From Myxococcales bacterium (lineage in GTDB: Bacteria; Myxococcota; Myxococcia; Myxococcales; Anaeromyxobacteraceae), in assembly GCA_038320275.1 (NCBI GenBank), contig JBBQEB010000057.1:1-20851 (forward strand): 20,851 bases of DNA, given 5' to 3'. The notes beneath the pieces were generated by a model, which was given only the letters and a program-made list of their open reading frames with translations, searched no databases and had not been told where the DNA came from. A program made the position numbers and the translations under genes. Of this stretch, positions 16,171-20,851 are shown one piece after another (the first letter of the stretch is position 1; each line of letters begins with the position of its first letter).

Positions 16171-16602
16171 TCACCTCACCATAGCTCGACTCGCCCCCGC
16201 GGACGAATCGACGACCGCCAGGCGCCCGGCAGCGCGCGCGAGGCGTGCCGGGCCGACCCCCCGCACCCGCTCCAGCTCCGAGACGGAGCCGAACGGCCCG
16301 CGCGCGACCCTGTCCTCCACGATGGCTGCGGCGAGCCGGGGAGAGAGGCCCGGCACCGTCGCGAGATCCTCTGCGCTGGCGCCGTTCAGATCGACCGGGA
16401 GGCCTGCGAGCAGCCGCTCGCGCCCGCTGAGGGCGCGGAACGGTCCAGGGTCCGCGGCGCACCCGATCCAGCCCCGGGGCGGCACGCCTCTCCCCTCGGG
16501 GGCGCAGGGGCGGGACGGGGCCGGACGTCGCGCCAGCTCGCGGCCAGCGGCGGGGAGGAGCGTCGCGGACAGGAGGATGAGGAGCGCGAGGCGGCGGGCC
16601 AT
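16171..16602 (-). CDS. comEA: ComEA-family helix-hairpin-helix DNA-binding protein with signal peptide
   Basis: VDLNGASAEDLATVPGLSPRLAAAIVEDR..RGPFGSVSELERVRGVGP is the ComEA HhH pair. Hydrophobic N-terminus MARRLALLILLS. Confidence 0.85.
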   Translation of the reverse strand: MARRLALLILLSATLLPAAGRELARRPAPSRPCAPEGRGVPPRGWIGCAADPGPFRALSGRERLLAGLPVDLNGASAEDLATVPGLSPRLAAAIVEDRVARGPFGSVSELERVRGVGPARLARAAGRLAVVDSSAGASRAMVR

Positions 16603-16614
16603 CCCATGGCGCAA

Positions 16615-16630
16615 AGCAACCCCCTCGCCA
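16615..16630 (-). promoter_or_regulatory. Sigma54 (-24/-12) promoter candidate upstream of comEA
   Basis: Minus strand TGGCGAGGGGGTTGCT = TGGC...TTGCT with GG-N10-GC spacing. Confidence 0.6.
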
Positions 16631-16686
16631 GCGCGCGGGGCATGCAGGGCGGACCGCGAACTGGACGGTCGCGCCCCCCCCCCGCA

Positions 16687-18081
16687 TCACGTCGAAGCGC
16701 CGGGTCTCTCCAGGCAGAGCGCGCGGTTGAGGGCGACCACCGCCTTCCGGTAGTCGTCGCGCGCGATGACGAACTGCATGTTGGTCTGGCGCAGCGACTG
16801 CGAGACGGCGTTCACGTTCACCTTGCTGTCGGCGAGCGCCTGGGCGGCGCGGGCCAGCACCCCGGGGAAGGCGATGTTGGAGCCGATCACGCACACGATG
16901 GCGGAGGGGACCGCCGTCACGACCTCGTAGCGCTTGCGCAGCTCCTCGAGGAAGGCGGGCGCGACCGACTTCTCCCAGACCACGTGGGTGATGGAGTTCG
17001 CGTTGGTCGCCTTGAGGATGTACGAGATCCCGTGGGACCGGAAGAGCTCCAGCAGCTCTTGGTCGAAGCCCACCGTCCCCACCATCGAAGGATCGTGGAT
17101 CTCGACGGCCAGAACCTTGGGTGACCCGGCGATGACCTCGATGCGGGCCTCGGTGCCGACGTAATCCTTGGTGATGAGGGTGCCGGGGTGATCGGGCTCG
17201 AAGGTGTTCTTGAGCCTTATGGCGATGCCGGAGAGCTCCATGGGCTTGGCGGCCTTGGGATGGATGGCCTCCATGCCCACGTCCGCGAGCTGGTCCGCCA
17301 CGTCGTAGTTGGTGCGGCCTACCACCACCGTGTTGTTCGGCCCCACGATCTCCGGGTCGGCCGACGACAGGTGGAACTCCTTGTGGATGACCGCCTCGGC
17401 CGCCCGCAGCTCGACGGCCACCTTGCTGAAGGTGACCTCGGAGTAGCCGCGGTCGAACTCCCGCATGATGCCCTCGGTGCCCTTGGTGTAGCCGGTGACC
17501 ACCACCACCTCGCGCGCCGGATCGAGCCCGGTGAAGGAGCGGTGGATGCGCTCGTCGATGGTGAGCGGCTCGTCGTCGTCGAAGCCGGAGAGGTCGAGCA
17601 GGCGGGCTTGCACCCCGCGGGCGCGCAGGATCTCGACGCTGTTGAACGCGCTATGCGCCTCGCCTACGGCGGCCAGCATCTCGCGCGCGGCGAGGAGCAC
17701 GCTCTCGCGGCGCAGGTAGCCGCTCGCGAGGACGTGGCGCATGGAGTCGAGATAGCCCTTCAGCTCGCGCATGCGGCGCCGGATGAAGTCGTTCGCGCGC
17801 CCCACGTCGAGCCCGAGCGGTCCCAGTCCGGCGTTGATGTCCTCCAGCTTGCCGGTGAGCGCCTCCAGCGCGCCAGCGTAGTCCCCCCGCGCGGCGAAGC
17901 GGGCGTACACGCCCGGCTGCCCGGTCTTCTTGTGCTCCAGGAGCTCGTTCGTCACGCCGGCGTAGGCTGAGACGACGTACACCCTGCCGTACAGCCGCGC
18001 GGGCTCGCGCAGCATGATGTTGTCGAGCACGTCGCCGAAGCGGGACATCGAGGTGCCGCCAATCTTCTCCACGCTGATCAT
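16687..18081 (-). CDS. ask: Aspartate kinase of the Ask_Ect (ectoine-associated) type
   Basis: VEKIGGTSMSRF, VVSAYAGVTNELLEHKKTG, GEAHSAFNS, FDRGYSEVTF, IHKEFHLSSADP and TNYDVADQL..GMEAIHP, plus two ACT-like domains. ATG 18081 is preferred; 18093 is possible. Confidence 0.92.
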   Translation of the reverse strand: MISVEKIGGTSMSRFGDVLDNIMLREPARLYGRVYVVSAYAGVTNELLEHKKTGQPGVYARFAARGDYAGALEALTGKLEDINAGLGPLGLDVGRANDFIRRRMRELKGYLDSMRHVLASGYLRRESVLLAAREMLAAVGEAHSAFNSVEILRARGVQARLLDLSGFDDDEPLTIDERIHRSFTGLDPAREVVVVTGYTKGTEGIMREFDRGYSEVTFSKVAVELRAAEAVIHKEFHLSSADPEIVGPNNTVVVGRTNYDVADQLADVGMEAIHPKAAKPMELSGIAIRLKNTFEPDHPGTLITKDYVGTEARIEVIAGSPKVLAVEIHDPSMVGTVGFDQELLELFRSHGISYILKATNANSITHVVWEKSVAPAFLEELRKRYEVVTAVPSAIVCVIGSNIAFPGVLARAAQALADSKVNVNAVSQSLRQTNMQFVIARDDYRKAVVALNRALCLERPGAST

Positions 18082-18094
18082 AGGGAGCGGCATT

Positions 18095-19231
18095 CTAGCG
18101 AAGCGGCGCCCGAGCGCGAGTTTGCGAGCCCTCCGTCCCGCCGGTCGCGAGCTGCACCGCCCTTCGGAGCCCGGCGAACGGCAGCCGCGAGAGCGCCTCG
18201 GCCGCGGACAGCCACGCCCCTTCGACGTGCTCGTCCGACAGGCGCGGGGCGAAGTTCGCCGGCAGCCTGGCGGCGAAGGCGGTCTCCTCGGCGACGCGAA
18301 TTTCCGGCCCGCCGCCGCCCGCGAAGCCTCGCTCGAGCCCGAAGGCGTGGCGGTATCCGAGCTCCTCCACCGAGGCCTCGGCGCCCGTTTCCTCGCGGAG
18401 CTCGCGGCGGGCGGCCTCGCCGGCGTTCTCTCCGGGCTCGATGCGCCCGGTGACCGGCTGCCAGAACCCGCCGCGCTCGGGCGAGCGGCGGAGCAGGAGC
18501 ACCCGACCGTCGGTCCCCACCGGCACCACGCTCACCGTGAAGAGGTCGGGGCAGCGCTCCTCGGGCTCCCGGTCCAGCGCGTGGGCGGCGTGGCGCGCCA
18601 GGCGGGCGGCCACCTCGACCGCGGGCGGCACCGCGCGGCCGCCCGCGCCGAGCTCCTCGGCGAGGCTCGTCACCCCGAGCCGCGGATCGGCGATGCCGCA
18701 AGGGACGATGGCCTGGAAGTGCGTCAGGTCAGGCGCGTAATTGAAGGCGAAGCCGTGGCTCGTCACCCAGCGCGCGAGGTGCACGCCGACCGCGCCGATC
18801 TTCTTCGAGCCCACCCAGACGCCCCGGTGCTCGGGATGGCGCCCCGCCTCGACGCCGTCGTCGGCGCAGGTGCGGATCATCGCCTCCTCCAGCGCGCCCA
18901 CGTACTTGCGCACGTCGGGCCTCGCGGCGAGGTCCACCACCGGGTATCCGACGAGCTGTCCCGGCCCGTGATAGGTCACGTCGCCGCCACGGTCGGTCTC
19001 GTGGATCTCGAAGCCCTGCTTCGCGAGCCACGCTGGAGCAGCGACGATGTGGCGCCGCTCCGCCCCGCGCCCGAGGGTGAGCACCGGCGGGTGCTCCAGC
19101 AGGAAGAGGTGATCGACCCCCGGCGGCGCCCCCGCCCGCACCGCGTCGCCAGCGAGGGCCATGAGGCGCAGCCCGTCGACGTACTCCACCCGGCCCAGCT
19201 GGTGGACGCGGAGGGTCCTCCTCGCGGTCAC
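18095..19231 (-). CDS. lipB: Lipoyl(octanoyl)transferase LipB fused to a C-terminal Nudix hydrolase (378 aa)
   Basis: GTG at 19231 overlaps the lpdA stop (GTGA). LipB motifs LEHPPVLTLG, TDRGGDVTYHGPGQLVGYP, KKIGAVG, SHGFAFN and IVPCGI. Nudix box GRIEPGENAGEAARRELREETG preceded by FWQPVT. Confidence 0.92.
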   Translation of the reverse strand: MTARRTLRVHQLGRVEYVDGLRLMALAGDAVRAGAPPGVDHLFLLEHPPVLTLGRGAERRHIVAAPAWLAKQGFEIHETDRGGDVTYHGPGQLVGYPVVDLAARPDVRKYVGALEEAMIRTCADDGVEAGRHPEHRGVWVGSKKIGAVGVHLARWVTSHGFAFNYAPDLTHFQAIVPCGIADPRLGVTSLAEELGAGGRAVPPAVEVAARLARHAAHALDREPEERCPDLFTVSVVPVGTDGRVLLLRRSPERGGFWQPVTGRIEPGENAGEAARRELREETGAEASVEELGYRHAFGLERGFAGGGGPEIRVAEETAFAARLPANFAPRLSDEHVEGAWLSAAEALSRLPFAGLRRAVQLATGGTEGSQTRARAPLR

Positions 19232-20682
19232 GCCTGCGCCGGCGCGCTGGCGGGCTTCGGCTCCTTGCGCGGGCGCTCGGGGCGGTTGAGCGCGTGGATG
19301 GCCTCGCCGAGCGCCGCCTTGCACGCCTCCATGAAGGCCTCCGGCAAGGTGGGGTGGGCGTGGACGGTCAGCGCAACGTCCTCCAGGTAGGCGCCCATCT
19401 CCAGCGCCAGCGCTGCCTCCGCGATGAGGTCGGACGCCTCCGGCCCCACGATGGTGGTGCCCAGCAAGAGCTTCGAGGCCTTGTCGCCGACCACCTTCAC
19501 GAAGCCCTCGGTGTGGTCGATGGCGATGGCGCGGCCCAGCGCGGCAAAGGCGAACTTCCCCACGATGGGCTCGTAGCCCGCCTTTCGCGCACCCTCCTCG
19601 TCGAGGCCGACCGTGGCGACCTCGGGGTCGGTGAAGATGGCGGCAGGCATGGCCACCCAGTCGCGGGTGGACTTGTGCCCGGCGATGACCTCGGCCGCGA
19701 TCTCGCCCTCCTTGGAAGCCTTGTGCGCGAGGAGCGGCATCCCCGACAGGTCGCCGACGCAGTAGATGGACGGCACGCTCGTCTGCATGCGGTCGTTCAC
19801 CTCCACGAACCCGCGCGGTCCGACCTTCACGCCGGCCTTGTCGAGCCCGAGCCCATCGGTGTTGGGCTTGAACCCCACCGACACGAGGACCTTGTCGCAG
19901 GGGATGGACTGCTCCTTCCCGTCCACCTCGACCTTCACCACCAGCTCGCCGTCCTTTCGCTCGACACCCTTCGCCTTGGCGTTCACGTGGACGGTGACCT
20001 TCCTCTGGCGGAGCCCCTTCTGCACGATGCGGACGGCCTCGGGGTCGATGCCGGAGAGGATGGTGGGCAGGGCCTCCACGACCGTGAGCTGCGAGCCCAT
20101 CTTGGCGTACACGGTCCCCAGCTCGAGCCCGATGATGCCACCCCCGATGACGACCAGCCGCTTCGGGATCTCCGGCAGATCGACGGCTTCCTTGGCGCTC
20201 CAGACGTCCTTGCCGTCGAAGGTGAAGCCCGGGATCTGCACCGGCCGCGCGCCCGTGGCGATGATGAAGGCGCCCGCCTGGACTCGCTGCGCGCCGCCCG
20301 CGCCCGTCACCTCGATCGCGTCGGGGGCCACGAAGGCCGCGGTGCCCTTCAGCACCTCGACGCCGTTGCCCTTCTCCAGCATGCCGACCCCGCTCACGAG
20401 CTTCTTCACCACCTCGTTCTTGAAGGAGCGGAGCTTCGCGATGTCGACCTTGGGCTCGGCGGCGATGCCGCGCTCGGCCGCGCCGTGCAGGTCCTCCACC
20501 AGGTTGGCAGCGGCGATGAGCGCCTTGGAGGGAATGCACCCCCAGTTGAGGCACACGCCCCCCAGCGCCTCCTTCTCCACCAGGCAGACCTTCTTGCCGA
20601 GCTGGGCGAGCCGGATGGCGGCCACGTAGCCGCCCGGTCCCGCGCCGATCACCACCGCATCGAAGGTCTTCGTCTCCGCCAT
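19228..20682 (-). CDS. lpdA: Dihydrolipoyl dehydrogenase (E3)
   Basis: SD GGGAGG. GAGPGGYVAAI, redox-active GGVCLNWGCIPSK, GGGIIGLE, LAHKASKEG and HAHPTLPE. Confidence 0.96.
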   Translation of the reverse strand: MAETKTFDAVVIGAGPGGYVAAIRLAQLGKKVCLVEKEALGGVCLNWGCIPSKALIAAANLVEDLHGAAERGIAAEPKVDIAKLRSFKNEVVKKLVSGVGMLEKGNGVEVLKGTAAFVAPDAIEVTGAGGAQRVQAGAFIIATGARPVQIPGFTFDGKDVWSAKEAVDLPEIPKRLVVIGGGIIGLELGTVYAKMGSQLTVVEALPTILSGIDPEAVRIVQKGLRQRKVTVHVNAKAKGVERKDGELVVKVEVDGKEQSIPCDKVLVSVGFKPNTDGLGLDKAGVKVGPRGFVEVNDRMQTSVPSIYCVGDLSGMPLLAHKASKEGEIAAEVIAGHKSTRDWVAMPAAIFTDPEVATVGLDEEGARKAGYEPIVGKFAFAALGRAIAIDHTEGFVKVVGDKASKLLLGTTIVGPEASDLIAEAALALEMGAYLEDVALTVHAHPTLPEAFMEACKAALGEAIHALNRPERPRKEPKPASAPAQA

Positions 20683-20719
20683 GGTGCTCGCCTCCCGAGG
20701 CTCGTTCTGGGACCGCGCT

Positions 20720-20725
20720 GTTATA
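20720..20725 (-). promoter_or_regulatory. Putative -10 box (TATAAC) upstream of lpdA
   Basis: The only AT-rich hexamer in this intergenic region, 37 nt before the ATG. No convincing -35. Confidence 0.45.
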
Positions 20726-20830
20726 ACCGCGGCCATGCGGTAGGGCTTCGTGTCGCGGGCCGGTGCAGACGCCCCGCCTCACGAGCCTGCCCGGGCGGAT
20801 GCTTGCGCCCCGCTGCTTCGCAGCGACGCC

Positions 20831-20851
20831 CTACACCATCTCCATGAAGAG
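20831..20851 (-). CDS. 3' end of an upstream CDS (...LFMEMV*), probably the dihydrolipoamide acyltransferase E2 of a 2-oxoacid dehydrogenase
   Basis: Minus strand CTC TTC ATG GAG ATG GTG TAG with high-GC3 codons. The end resembles E2 C-termini and lies just upstream of lpdA-lipB. Only 6 residues are visible. Confidence 0.45.
   Translation of the reverse strand, partial: LFMEMV

Noticed and set aside
18095..20782. 895-aa ORF suggesting a long N-terminal extension of LipB (likewise 7317..9815, 889..2100 and 9371..12253)
   Set aside because: The extensions are alternative-frame or antisense read-through of neighbouring genes. Family motifs begin only at the downstream starts.
20811..20825. Small hairpin CGCTGC-TTC-GCAGCG as a terminator between the E2-like gene and lpdA
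   Set aside because: Short stem, no U-tract, and expected by chance at this GC content.
1..20851. CRISPR array, prophage, IS element or anti-phage defence island (helicase + nuclease + Hsp70)
   Set aside because: No direct-repeat arrays, terminal inverted repeats or mobility genes were seen. The helicase and beta-CASP genes are 8 kb apart in separate units, and composition looks uniformly host-like.

Overview
Very GC-rich bacterial chromosomal DNA. Gene content and order point to Myxococcota (Anaeromyxobacter-like); this is inference. It is densely packed core/housekeeping sequence: about 19 CDS, a probable 3' fragment of a 20th, and one tRNA-Val(CAC). I see no integrase, transposase, CRISPR array or prophage. 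Left to right: beta-CASP metallo-hydrolase (5'-truncated), stand-alone homocysteine S-methyltransferase, monofunctional pheA, TMTC-like GT-C/TPR membrane protein coupled to an alpha/beta hydrolase, Cys-rich CHB_HEX_C-OmpA protein, tRNA-Val, a uvrD-like helicase followed by a stkABC-like cluster (atypical Hsp70, SCP2 protein, small coiled-coil protein), NlpC/P60-CHAP lipoprotein, YtcJ-like amidohydrolase, GT2, zinc-ribbon membrane protein, ComEA-like protein, Ask_Ect-type aspartokinase, LipB-Nudix fusion and lpdA. Best leads: (1) the helicase ends in a Pro-rich linker plus DDDVPF, resembling the SSB C-terminal interaction tip, and leads directly into the stk-like genes; (2) two sigma54-type -24/-12 motifs each end exactly 12 nt before an SD-less ATG (GT2, comEA), and several TANNNT boxes lie 7-11 nt before SD-less starts, suggesting widespread near-leaderless transcription; (3) an ectoine-type aspartokinase with no ect genes nearby; (4) a candidate protein O-glycosylation module. 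All family assignments come from motif recognition by eye; no database searches were run.
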